DNA of 60,000 nt from assembly GCF_018350175.1 (NCBI RefSeq), contig NC_058368.1, positions 210,678,001 to 210,738,000 of the forward strand, in the 5' to 3' direction. How positions within the stretch are numbered: the stretch's first letter is position 1; each line of letters opens with the position of its first letter. The notes under the pieces are model-generated. The model saw only the letters and a list, made by a program, of their open reading frames with translations. It searched no databases and was not told the origin of the DNA. Below are positions 12,701-24,010 of the stretch, piece after piece. This DNA comes from Felis catus. Lineage: Eukaryota. Both the position numbers and the translations under genes were made by a program.

Positions 12701-15689
12701 GAGCAGATCAATGAAACCAAGAGTTGGTTTTTTGAAAAAATAAACAAAATTGACAAACCTCTAGCCAGGCTTCTCAAAAAGAAAAGGGAAATGACCCAAA
12801 TAGATAAAATCATGAATGAAAATGGAATTATTACAACCAATCCCTCAGAAATAAAAGCAATTATCAGGGAATACTATGAAAAATTATATGCCAATAAACT
12901 GGACAACCTGGAAGAAATGGACAAATTCCTGAACACCCACACACTTTCAAAACTCAAACAGGAGGAAACAGAAAGCTTGAACAGACCCAAAACCAGCGAA
13001 GAAATTGAATCGGTTATCAAAAATATCCCAACAAATAAGAGTCCAGGACCAGATGGCTTCCCTGGGGAATTCTACCAGACATTTAAAGCAGAGATAATAC
13101 CTATCCTTCTCAAGCTATTCCAAAACAGAGAAGGGGAAGGAAAACTTCCAGACTCATTCTATGAAGCCAGTATTACTTTGATTCCTAAACCAGACAGAGA
13201 CACAGTAAAAAAAGAGAACTACAGGCCAATATCCCTGATGAATATGGATGCAAAAATTCTCAATGAGATACTAGCAAATCGAATTCAACAGCATATAAAA
13301 AGAATTATTCACCATGATCAAGTGGGATTCATTCCTGGGATGCAGGGCTCGTTCAACATTTGCAAATCAATCAACGTGATACATCACATTAATAAAAGAA
13401 AAGATAAGATCCATACGATCCTGTCAATCAATGCAGAAAAAGCATTTGACAAAATTCAGCATCCTTTCTTAATAAAAACCCTCAAGAAAGTCGGGGTAGA
13501 AGGAACATACTTAAACATCATAAAAGCCATTTATGAAAAGCCCACAGCTAACATCATCCTCAATGGGGAAAAACTGAGAGCTTTTTCCCTGAGATCAGGA
13601 ACATGACAGGGATGTCCACTCTCACCACTGTTGTTTAACATAGTGTTGGAAGTGCTAGCATCAGCAATTAGACAACAAAAGGAAATCAGGGGATCAAAAT
13701 TGCCAAAGATGAAATCAAGCTTTCACTTTTTGCAGATGACATGATATTATACATGGAAAGTCCAATAGACTCCACCAAAAGTCTGCTAGAACTGATACAT
13801 GAATTCAGCAAAGTTGCAGGATACAAAATCAATGTACAGAAATCAGCTGCATTCTTATACACTCACGATGAAGCAACAAAAAGACAAATAAAGAAACTGA
13901 TCCGATTCACAATTGAACCAAGAAACATAAAATACCTAGGAATAAATCTAACCAAAGATGTACAAGATCTGTATGCTGAAAACTATAGAAAGCTTATGAA
14001 GGAAATCGAAGAAGATATAAAGAAATGGAAAAACATTCCGTGCTCATGGGTTGGAAGAATAAATATTGTTAAAATGTAATACTACCCAAAGCGATCTACA
14101 CATTCAATGCAATCCCAATCAAAACTGCACCAGCATTCTTCTCGAACCTAGAACAAGCCATCCTAAAATTCATATGGAACCACAAAAGGCCCCGAATAGC
14201 CAAAGTAATTTTGAAGAAGAAGACCAAAGCAGGAGGCATCACAGTCCCAAACTTTAGCCTCTACTACAAAGCTGTAATCATCAAGACAGCATTGTATTGG
14301 CATAAAAACAGACACATAGACCAATGGAATAGAATAGAAACCCCAGAACTAGACCCACAAAAGTATGGCCAACTAATCTTTGACAAAGCAGGAAAGAATA
14401 TCCAATGGAAAAAAGACAGTCTTTTTAACAAATGGTGCTGGGAGAACTGGACAGCAACATGCAGAAGGTTGAAACTAGACCACTTTCTTACACCATTCAC
14501 AAAAATTAACTTAAAATGGATAAAGGACTTGAATGTGAGACAGGAAACCATCAAAACCCTAGAGGAGAAAGCAGGAAAACACCCCTCTGACCTTAGCCGT
14601 AGCAATTTCTTACTTGACACATCCCCAAAGGCAAGGGAATTAAAAGCAAAAATGAACTATTGGGACCTTATCAAGATAAAAAGCTTCTGCACAGCAAAGG
14701 AAACAATCAACAAAACTAAAAGGCAACCGACGGAATGGGAAAAGATATTTGTAAATGACATATCAGACAAAGGGCTAGTATCCAAAATCTATAAAGAGCT
14801 CACCAAACTCCACACCCAAACAACAAATAATCCAGTGAGAAATGGGCAGAAAACATGAATAGACACTTCTCTAAAGAAGACATCCGGATTGCCAATAGGC
14901 ACATGAAAAGATGATCAACATCGCTCCTCATCAGGGAAATACAAATCAAAACCACACTCAGATATCACCTCATGCCAGTCAGAGTGGCCAAAATGAACAA
15001 ATCAGGAGACTATAGATGCTGGAGAGGATGTGGAGAAACGGGAACCCTCTTGCACTGTTGGTGGGAATGCAAACTGGTGCAGCCCCTCTGAAAAACAGTG
15101 TGGAGGTTCCTCAAAAAATTAAAAATAGATCTACCCTATGACCCAGCAATAGCACTGCTAGGAATTTACCCAAGGGATACAGGAGTACTGATGCATGGGG
15201 GCACTTGTACCCCAATGTTTATAGCAACACTCTCAACAATAGCCAAATCATGGAAAGAGCCTAAATGTCCATCAACTGATGAATGGATAAGGAAATTGTG
15301 GTTTATATACACAACGGAGTACTATGTGGCAATGAGAAAGAACGAAATATGGCCCTTTGTAGCAACGTGGATGGAACTGGAGAGTGTGATGCTAAGTGAA
15401 ATAAGCCATACAGAGAAAGACAGATACCATATGTTTTCACTCTTATGTGGATCCTGAGAAACTTAACAGAAACCCATGGGGGAGGGGAAGGAAAAAAAAG
15501 AAAAAAAAAAGAGGTTAGAGTGGGAGAGAGCCAAAGCATAAGAGACTCTTAAAAACTGAGAACAAACTGAGGGTTGATGGGGGGTGGGAGGGAGGGGAGT
15601 GTAGGTGATGGGCATTGAAGAGGGCATCTTTTGGGATGAGAACTGGGTGTTGTATGGAAACTAATTTGACAATAAATTTCATATAATAA
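9761..15689 (+). mobile_element. Full-length (about 5.9 kb) felid LINE-1 (L1_Fc-like), inactivated, antisense to SPEF2
   Basis: CpG-rich 5'UTR starting with ggaagatggcggcg. ORF1 10688..11586 (stop at 11258, frameshift near 11440). ORF2 11637..15457 (FADD motif near 13730; stop at 13604; several frameshifts). TSD aaaaaagaaataga at 9747-9760 and 15690-15703 with a TT|AAAA target. Confidence 0.97.
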
Positions 15690-16239
15690 AAAAAAGAAAT
15701 AGAAAAACAAAATAAATAAATCTGCTTTAAAAATATCTGTCTAACCCCTCTGACAGAAGTACCTTCTAGAGTCAGGAAAGGCTCCTACATGTATTTGGAT
15801 ATTTCAGGTCCAGAGTAATAGCTATCCTTCCTTGTTTAGAAATAAAAAGAGTAGAACATAGACATAGCATTTCACATTTTTGTTTTTGCACCTGAATTTT
15901 TAGTATTTATAAAAGTCCAATGTGAACTTTATCATTTCTTCTAGCCTTTAAGAAAATGCATTAATCCTTTTAAAATATCAGTGGCTCAGACCAAATACAT
16001 AATTTTGAGATTTGGAAGTTAGTTTTCTGGGTGGCAAGAGCAGACTTTTTCTTTGATATGACTGGACATCTGATAAGTTGTTCAGAAATAAATTCTCTAT
16101 CCTTTTTGATCAAACCTGAGTATCTAGTTTTATAGAGATGAGAAATTTTTCCCAGGTAGTACAATTTTCAGTAAAATTAGCTTTATTTTCAGTAAAAAAC
16201 ACATTGGTTTTTAGATAAGTTAAAAATGAATCATTCATG

Positions 16240-16470
16240 AGGTGCCTGGATGGCTCAGTCCATTAAGCATCCAACTCTTGATTTCAGCTCAGGTCATTAT
16301 CTTAAAGTGGTTGTGGGACTGAGCCCCATGTCTGGCTCTGTGCTGGGTTTGGAGCCTGCTTGGGATTCTCTCTTCCTCTCCCTCTGCCCCTTCTCTGCTC
16401 ACATGTGCATGCACACACACACAATCTTTCTCTCAAAATAAACAATAAACATTTTTTTAAAAAGGAAAGA
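16240..16470 (+). mobile_element. Older CAN-SINE
   Basis: tRNA-derived head and A-tail; TSD aatcattcatg at 16229-16239 and 16471-16481. Confidence 0.9.
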
Positions 16471-16781
16471 AATCATTCATGTTCCTCAATATGAAACTGT
16501 AAATAAAATCTATTTTATGAAACCATGAAGAGTCTCTAAGTATTTAAAAATTCTGGTTGATATGCAATATATTTCCACTGTCTTTAATAGCTATGGTGCA
16601 AGTAAAGTGTTGTAAGATATTAGTTCCAGCTTACATAGGAATTGATCTGGTGACCGTAGTGCGAAAGGTGAAACTATTTTAATATTTGACCTTGTCCATT
16701 ACATATGCCCCAAGGCATATGGCAATATGATCTTCACATAAAATGGGATAACACAAACATAAACTTAGAAATTTTATTCAT

Positions 16782-16974
16782 GGGGGGTGCCTGGATAGAT
16801 CATTTGGTTAAGCATCTGACTCTTGATTTCAGCTCAGATTTTGGGCCCAAAGTTGAGCTCTATACTCACAGCTCGGAGCCTGCTTAGGATTCTCTCTCCC
16901 CTCTCTTTGCCTCTCCCCTGCTTACACGCATGCTCTCTCTCTCTCTCTCTATTTCAAAATAAATTAAAAAAAAA
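16782..16974 (+). mobile_element. Older, diverged CAN-SINE
   Basis: ggggggtgcctgg head, (CT)n, A-tail; degenerate TSD agaaattttattcat / agaaattgtgttcat. Confidence 0.85.
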
Positions 16975-17402
16975 AGAAATTGTGTTCATTGATTTAAGAA
17001 ATACCCTTTTTCAATTTGGCTCTAAGTAGTTACATAAAGCAACTGTCATTTAGAATTATGCAGGAAAGATGTTAATTGTATGCCAGGCCTAAAGGAATTC
17101 AGATCATAATCATCGCCTAGACACCCTTTGTAATAACTCTGCAAAATATGACATCAAAATGACACCATTGCTTAGAAGGATCTCCTCCATCCATAGAACG
17201 TGAACAAATGTGTGGATGTAGAAGTGATCTTAGAAAGGTACAGGAAAACCAATCTTTGGATTTTGGCTTTGTTTGTCTGGTAAGATGCCAAATGCCTTTT
17301 ACATTTGATGTGAAGACTGGTTACTGTGTTACTTTTAAATTTCAGATTAAAAAGAATTTGTTTTTGCTCTGATGAATGACGAAGTCCACATTTGTCATAT
17401 TG

Positions 17403-17754
17403 CTAATCACTTTCATAATGGCTTTCCGAGTTTGATGAACAAGAGGAATTAGGTCTTGTGTCACCAGTTGAAGATGGTGTTCTTGTATTCCATAAGTGGA
17501 TAGCTTTCCTAGGGTCAAAGTTATTAATGTCTGGAGAGTTCAACTGAATTATCAAGAGATCCGTCATACTTTCAGCCTTGATCGTGGCACGCATTTGTGA
17601 TTTGGCACGTTTCATCTGACTAAAGCCACGTTCTGCTTCTGCAGAACTTGCAGGGAGCGTCAGTACTAGGTCCACTAGTGTCAGGATATTTGGATATTTG
17701 TGCAAGTAAACAGAATTCACAAAATCCCAGGTCAATTTGCAGATGTTCTGAAAT
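17403..17754 (-). CDS. Nested hAT-transposase-derived gene, terminal exon T5: hAT C-terminal dimerisation domain (FQNICKLTWDFVNSVYLHKYPNILTLVDLVLTLPASSAEAERGFSQMKRAKSQMR...ESD*)
   Basis: Acceptor cttccccctag|a; classic hATC motif YPN...L.LP.SSA.AER.FS.M...K...R; TAG stop at 17403-17405. Confidence 0.88.
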
Positions 17755-17835
17755 CTAGGGGGAAGAATGAAAAGTGTAAAAAATTGAGACTCTCAAGTTT
17801 CATTCAAATATTTATAAAATACCAACTATGCTTAC

Positions 17836-17959
17836 CTAGCATAAATCTCTAATTTCAACATGCTCCATTCAGTGTCCACTTCATCGATTTCCACATTGGC
17901 AGCTTCCAGTAGTGGTTCATAGTGGGCAGTCAAGATGGATACCTCTTTTTCTCCAAATT
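17836..17959 (-). CDS. Nested hAT-transposase-derived gene, exon T4: (E)FGEKEVSILTAHYEPLLEAANVEIDEVDTEWSMLKLEIYA(R)
   Basis: Acceptor ggcag|aa after a pyrimidine tract, donor ag|gtaagc; 124 nt, phase 1/2. FG...I..L..H and EW..LK patterns of ZNF862-like transposases. Confidence 0.8.
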
Positions 17960-18049
17960 CTGCCATCAATATATGAGAGAAAAAGTCACATACATGAAAG
18001 AAACCTACAGTCAAAGAACAACGGTTAGAAGTTGGTGCATATAGGGTAC

Positions 18050-18258
18050 CTTGATTTATCTTTGTGGGCCACAGTTTAAAGCTTCCAATCACAGTAGCCT
18101 TCACTACATCTTGGCTGGCATCTCTGAAACAACCTTGCAGCCTCTTGACAAGATGTGTTAAGACCGTGCTTCTCACATCAGAAATGTTTCCCTTTCCTCC
18201 CAGGCAGTTACCATGAAAGTGTGTGGCTGAATCTACCTGACGTTCCTTTGGTCCTGGT
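18050..18258 (-). CDS. Nested hAT-transposase-derived gene, exon T3: (R)PGPKERQVDSATHFHGNCLGGKGNISDVRSTVLTHLVKRLQGCFRDASQDVVKATVIGSFKLWPTKINQ(E)
   Basis: Strong acceptor ttttcctccccag|a, donor g|gtaccc; 209 nt, phase 2/1. The following 90-nt intron is stop-free, so T3 and T4 could be one exon. Confidence 0.78.
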
Positions 18259-18378
18259 CTGGGGAGGAAAAGACAAATCCCCCAGATAAACAATTAAATG
18301 AAAAAGCACCTGACAAACAGTGTCCCCAATCAAACTGTCTAGTTTGACAGACCCTCAGACCATTCCCCAATTCCTCAC

Positions 18379-18596
18379 CTTGTTTTATACATTCTGAGCA
18401 TTTCCAGTGTTGACTCTAATGAGGCAAATACATCAGCAATGGAAGAGTTTCTGTTCTGATTGACACGGGAAAGAATGCTAAGGACATTAATGACATCCAC
18501 CAAGAAATGGACGAATTTAACAATGTCTGCTTGGAGAAGGAACTCCAGGAGTTCGTTGGCTTTCTGGTGACTAGTGTCATTTCTGCCCTCAACTGC
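18379..18596 (-). CDS. Nested hAT-transposase-derived gene, exon T2: AVEGRNDTSHQKANELLEFLLQADIVKFVHFLVDVINVLSILSRVNQNRNSSIADVFASLESTLEMLRMYKT(R)
   Basis: Acceptor gttacag|gca, donor ag|gtgag; 218 nt, phase 0/2. Typical hAT helical segment (FL.D...L..LS...Q). Confidence 0.85.
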
Positions 18597-18723
18597 CTGT
18601 AACATAGATCGGGAAGAGAATAGCCATTTATCTTTCTCAAGATTATTCTTTCAAATTTCTCAATAAAAATGTTCTCTGTCAGTCTGGCAAACTAAAATAG
18701 TGTGGTATTTCAAAATGACTTAC

Positions 18724-19869
18724 TGAATGTAGTTGCTGGACTATCGCAGGATATCCCCTGAGAAAGTTCTGGAGGGCTGCCTGTAATCCCTGAAGCCACC
18801 TCCTGCCCCCTACTCGAGAAGGCAGCACAGGGCGAAGGTGAAGGCCTTTGAAAGCAGTTATCAGAGAACTCTTGTGGACAGGAGAACTGTGGTAGAAGTA
18901 GTAGATGCTGTGAAGAAGGCCTCTGACATCATTGTACAGGGGAACGCTCTGGAAGACCGCCCTGTAAGACAGTTCAAGATGATGTGCAAAGCAGTACACA
19001 GTCAGTGCTCGTGGCTGGATTTCTCTGAAGAGCATGGCCACCCCGTTGTTTTCTCCCTCTGAGCCAGGGGCACCATCACTTCCAAAACCAACCAGTTTCT
19101 TCGCCCAGTCTTGGTTCGATAGCTTAAGTTGAAGATTTCGCTCTAGAGTTTTCTCGATGGCATTTCTTATTTCCAAAGGATCCTTCTTTTCTACTGTCTG
19201 TACCCCAACAATTTGGCAATGCACTTTTCCTGCACATGCAAACTGCACGTAGACAAGTTCAGCTTCCTCGGTTGAGCTGTCTGTGATTCCACCACTGAGG
19301 ACAGAGAAAAATTTACTTTGTTCTAGTTTCTCTCTCAGATTTCTCCGTTCCACTTCAGCGATAAAATACGTGAACGTTCTTGCTGATTTGTTAGTTCTGA
19401 ATACTGGGCCGATATCGACACCCTTCATATCATCCAACTTGCACATCCAGATAAAGTCTTTGAGGGGGCGTCCCGTCTTGGCGATAGCATGGCATGATCT
19501 GAATAAGTTCTCTATTCTCCCGAGGGTGACTTTGCTCATGGTCGTCACCATGAACTCTGTGGTGGCTCGGTTCACTGGAGAACCACTTGTTGCTTCCATT
19601 AGTGAAGCCTTGGCATGGGCCTCACTGAGATGATGTGCATTGAGAAATTCAGTCCTAAAGTTGTCAGTGCCATAAAAAAAACTCACTTGATTTCCCCTTG
19701 ACTTTACTCCATGCTTACGACACAGGCCACAGAACATAAGATTTAGTATCTCATCATATATAAGCCAAGGGTATTTTTTAAGCCAGATTTTCAAAAATTG
19801 ATTATTCCTCTTTGGAAGATAATGGTCAAGCTTCTGCGGCCTTTTCTGCTTTTCAGTGACTCGGTTCAT
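18724..19869 (-). CDS. Nested hAT-transposase-derived gene, exon T1 (382 codons from Met): TTF-type zinc finger plus DUF4371-like N-terminal transposase core; ZNF862-like. Extends to 19874 or 19889 if spliced from SPEF2.
   Basis: Open frame with WLKKYPWL..FCGLC..H..S.AH (TTF zinc finger), FFSVLSGGITDSS, GFGSDGA, CFAHHLEL (hAT CxxH) and RRW motifs. Perfect donor tca|gtaagt at 18723. Confidence 0.88.
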
Positions 19870-20019
19870 GTCGCCTGGAGGACCCCTGCCTTTAAAATAA
19901 CTCCATGTTGTTATTTTCAGTAATCACCAATCTCTACCTTTAATTTTGGTTAATATCTGCCCCCAACACTTGCTCATTATTTCTGGAAGATGTTACAGCA
20001 AATGTTTATGAGTGGGATG

Positions 20020-20225
20020 TCAGGCATTCTGGTCAGCACTTTAAGTGGCTTATATCATTTAACCCTCATAATCCCTTATCCCTATTTTATAGTTAAGAAA
20101 ATGGACCAATCACTTGTCATTTTATAAACAAAAGCACTAGGGCACAGAGAGGTTAATTAATTTGTCTGATGTCACAGTGGTTGTATGTGGGGAGCTGGGG
20201 ATCACTAGCAGTCAGTCCTACTCCG
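20020..20225 (-). mobile_element. MIR just upstream of the transposase exon
   Basis: Core motif ggcacagagaggttaattaatttgtctgatgtcacag. Confidence 0.6.
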
Positions 20226-20561
20226 CAGCCCCCATGTTTACATCACTATTACAGGTTTCTCATAGCAAAGGGTGCTATGTTCTTCTTCACTCTAGTTATG
20301 TTTCTCTTTGCATAAGAGGGACATTGTTTTTTGCTGACATTTGCTTCCTGTGGTGAGAAAAAAAATAATACGACACACACATCAGCAGGCCTACAAGATT
20401 CACCTTGGACATCACTTCCATCCCACCAAAGGCCCACCTTCTCCAGCTGTGTTGTAGCCAACCTGTTCATTTAGCCCAACTGAAAGGGCTTTAGGCTTTG
20501 AGACCCATCCCAGATGGTTTCAAGGAGCTATGCCTCATGCCTCAACTTTGTCTTTTATACT

Positions 20562-20562
<1 letters not shown>

Positions 20563-20618
<56 letters not shown>

Positions 20619-21356
20619 ATATATATATACGTATATATACTTTATATATACTTATATAATTTATATATTTATATATATTTATATATATATATATATTTTA
20701 TATATATAGTACATATATATAATATATTACATATATATTATATATTATATTACATTACATATATTACATATATTACATATATATAATATATTATATTATA
20801 TTACATATATACATATTACATATATATTATATATTACATATATGTAATTATTACACATATATTACATATATATAATATATTATATTACATATATATTACA
20901 TATATTACATATATATTATATTATATTACATATATATAATATTACATATATATTACATATATATTACATATAATTACATATATAATTATATATGTATATA
21001 ATTTACATATATATATTATTACATATATATTACATATATAATATATATAATATTACATATATATAAATAATATATTACATACATAAATATATATATTATA
21101 TATATAAATTTATATATATAATATATATAAATAAATAAATATATATTTATATACATTAAAAAATATATAAATATATATAAATAAATAAATATATAAATAT
21201 ATATAATATATATTATATAATTTATATATATAAATAATATATTACATACATAAATTATATATTACATATATATATAAATAATATATATATTATATATTAC
21301 ATATATATACATTATATATATTACATATATATAAACATATATATATATATATATGT
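20563..21356. repeat. About 0.8 kb AT-rich low-complexity tandem repeat: (TA)n plus TATATTACA-type units
   Basis: Almost entirely A/T with recurring attacatatat units. Confidence 0.95.
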
Positions 21357-23869
21357 ATTTTTTTTTCTGGACAGAAGGACAGAAGAATTTAAATCACACA
21401 AAGCAATGTCCTAAAATAGTTTCTCTCTGAAGGCAGGGAGCCTAGACCATATATTTATTTCCCTCCTGCAACTTCTGTGACCCTACTGATCATTAGACTA
21501 TATTGTCCTATTTTATAATCTAATGCAAAAGTGTAATATGTGTTTGTGTAATATTATACTAAAATACCTTATGTCAACATACAAGCTCAGTGTTTCGTTT
21601 TGTTTCACTGCTTTACTGTCCTAGGTTGACTGCTCAGCTAGATTTTAAACTCTTTTGCAGAAAGAACCACACTTACTTCCTTTGTGCTCCATAATGGCAA
21701 GATGAGTGTGAGCGTGTGGCAGACGTTTCAGAAAATAAACATTCCCTATTGATTTTCATGATCTCATAGCTCTTAACGTCTTTTACTGGAAAACCTTTGA
21801 CATTGGTCAATCTGCTTCTGCTTTTCTTACCTTATTTGCATCTAACTTCTATTTGCCTTTTAATCAGCTTTTCGGTAGTTGTTACTCTTAGCCCCATTTT
21901 GTTCCCTCGCCAAAATCAAATCCTAAATATTACTGTTTTCATGGAAAGGGAGTCTCCTTGTAGTTGATACCTCCTGACTTCATTTTCATCCCTACACTGT
22001 CATTCTCCCACACAAGGCCTTCAGCACCAGGCTGCTGCCTGCTCGACACACACAAATGCTGGTGAACACATGAATGAATACACAAAAAAAGAAGTGAAAG
22101 AAGTCTCATTGCTAACAGAAAGGACGTGAACTTTTGCTACCGATTTAGCTAGCTTTTACGTTTTTAGCTTTATGAACAGAATTTCCAGAAGGTGTTATCT
22201 TGAATTCTGAGCACATACTTTCATTTGCCTAATGCAAATTCTCTGACTTCATGAGAATATGTTTCCTCCTAAAGTTACAGCTGAAACCCTGCCCACAGAC
22301 AGTTTTAACAGGTCCAAAATCTTCTAGATTTACTACTGCATTTCCGTGATCTGAATCTACATAGCGGAAGGAGTTCACCCACTGAGAGAACCACAGGACA
22401 TATGGGGGCTACTACTTTTTGCACCAATCCCTAGATTTTGCCACCTGGAGAGATATCCCTGTTAATAACATCAGTCCTTCTCTATCACCCTTTCTAAGAA
22501 ATCTTTCTACGGTTTTTGATTTGTGTAAAGTCAGACTAATTTAAGCAGGTTTCAGATTAAAATATGGGGCTTATATCCCTGCAAATATTGGTGCCATATT
22601 TGTATAGTTTCCTCAGAGACACTAGCTTAGAAAGATCCACAGAACTTTCTAATGATTCCCCCCCGTCACCCCCCACCAGTGCCCTCAGTCCTGTCTCTCT
22701 GTTAGTTGAGGCTTGGTAGAGAAACAGAGCAGTATCTGTGGCTCTCTCAGAGTCTCTTTCTCCCTGTAACCCACTCACATCATTGGGCTCTAAATATCTT
22801 TGATAATCTTTTCCTGCATGTCCTTTTCAAGCCACTTTGAGACTTCACAATCTGGCCACAAGGTCTTTACTGTCCTCAAATACTGCCTCTTTCCCCATCT
22901 GGTCTGTTTGCTGTTCCATGAATATGTCATGCATGCAACCTCAAAATCTTAATGTCTACTCTATTTTCCCCTTTGTCTGGAACACCCTGCCCCTGCCTTT
23001 CTTCCTGGAAGGTTCCATTCAAAATTCTCCTCTGGGCTAACCCTTATGCTGACCCACAAAGGCAGCAATAACTACTTCCTCCTTTGAATTCTTGTAAAAA
23101 CCATGTAGCTGAATGATCTAGCTTAGCCACCACAGACAAGAGTTCTGTTTGTGCTTTCTGTCTCTGAGACCAATCACTGAATCTCTGGGTCTCTAAAAGA
23201 GGTTCAAAGGAGGGGCCCCTGTCAGTTTTTAGAACAATATTAGAGTCCTGAATAACTAAATGCTGCCTCCCTTGAAGAAGGGATAAGGGTGTAGAATTTG
23301 CTGGACTGTGTTCTCTCTGGAGAGCCTCTCAGCAGAAGCAAAAACAGCCATGAACCAAATCTCTATAGGCATTACATGGAGTACTGATGGGCTTACAAAG
23401 AAAAGGAGTTCTTTTGGTTTAAGTGCGGACAGGGGAACATTGCTAAAGTGTTCTAGTTTCAACAGACTCCAAATTGCTTTCATTGGACAAAGACTGTCTT
23501 CATGATGTGCTTGGCACTTGATGCTTAGAGACAAGACGTACCTACTCAGAGCTTAATGCAGTACACAAAATGAATGCTTTTGTTTGGGATGTTTTTGGTC
23601 CATGGGGGAGCCATAAACCCTGTCGCTTAATTCTATCAGGTGGTGTTTTTTTGTTTTTTGTTTTTTTTTCTGGAAATGTTCCAGGGTAATGGTGTAGGTG
23701 CCTATAATGGTATGTGTACCTTCAGGATATCGAGCTAACGTTTTGGATAATAATTAGAAGGGTTTGTATCACTATTGTATAACATTTCATATTATATAAA
23801 AATAAGTTATTACTATAATTATATAATTAAATCACAATGGCTTATATATTACACTTAAATTGCACATTT

Positions 23870-24010
23870 TATGTTCCAGACACTTTCTAAACACTTAACA
23901 TATATTAATCACTTTAATAACTCATAGCAGCTCCATTGAAATACCCCATTTTCCAAATGAGGAAAGTGAGTCAGAGAGAGGCTAAATAACTTGCCCAAGA
24001 TCATACTAAT
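23870..24010 (-). mobile_element. MIR
   Basis: Core motif ccccattttccaaatgaggaaagtgagtcagagagaggctaaataacttgcccaagatcata. Confidence 0.7.

Noticed and set aside
11807..13606. 599-aa ORF with endonuclease and reverse-transcriptase motifs as a novel RT system
   Set aside because: It is a fragment of ordinary L1 ORF2, bounded by a frameshift and a premature stop.
17000..20300. Terminal inverted repeats or an 8-bp TSD around the transposase gene
   Set aside because: None recognisable by eye, so it is not called a mobile element. The MITE at 47279-47590 shows no evident relationship to it.
20514..20786. Tyr/Ile-rich 90-aa ORF
   Set aside because: An artefact of translating the (TA)n repeat.
21831..21921. 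Minus-strand exon-like segment (ttag|...aag|gtaaga) upstream of the transposase gene
   Set aside because: It has stops in all three frames. It could be a non-coding leader exon, but the sequence alone does not support that.
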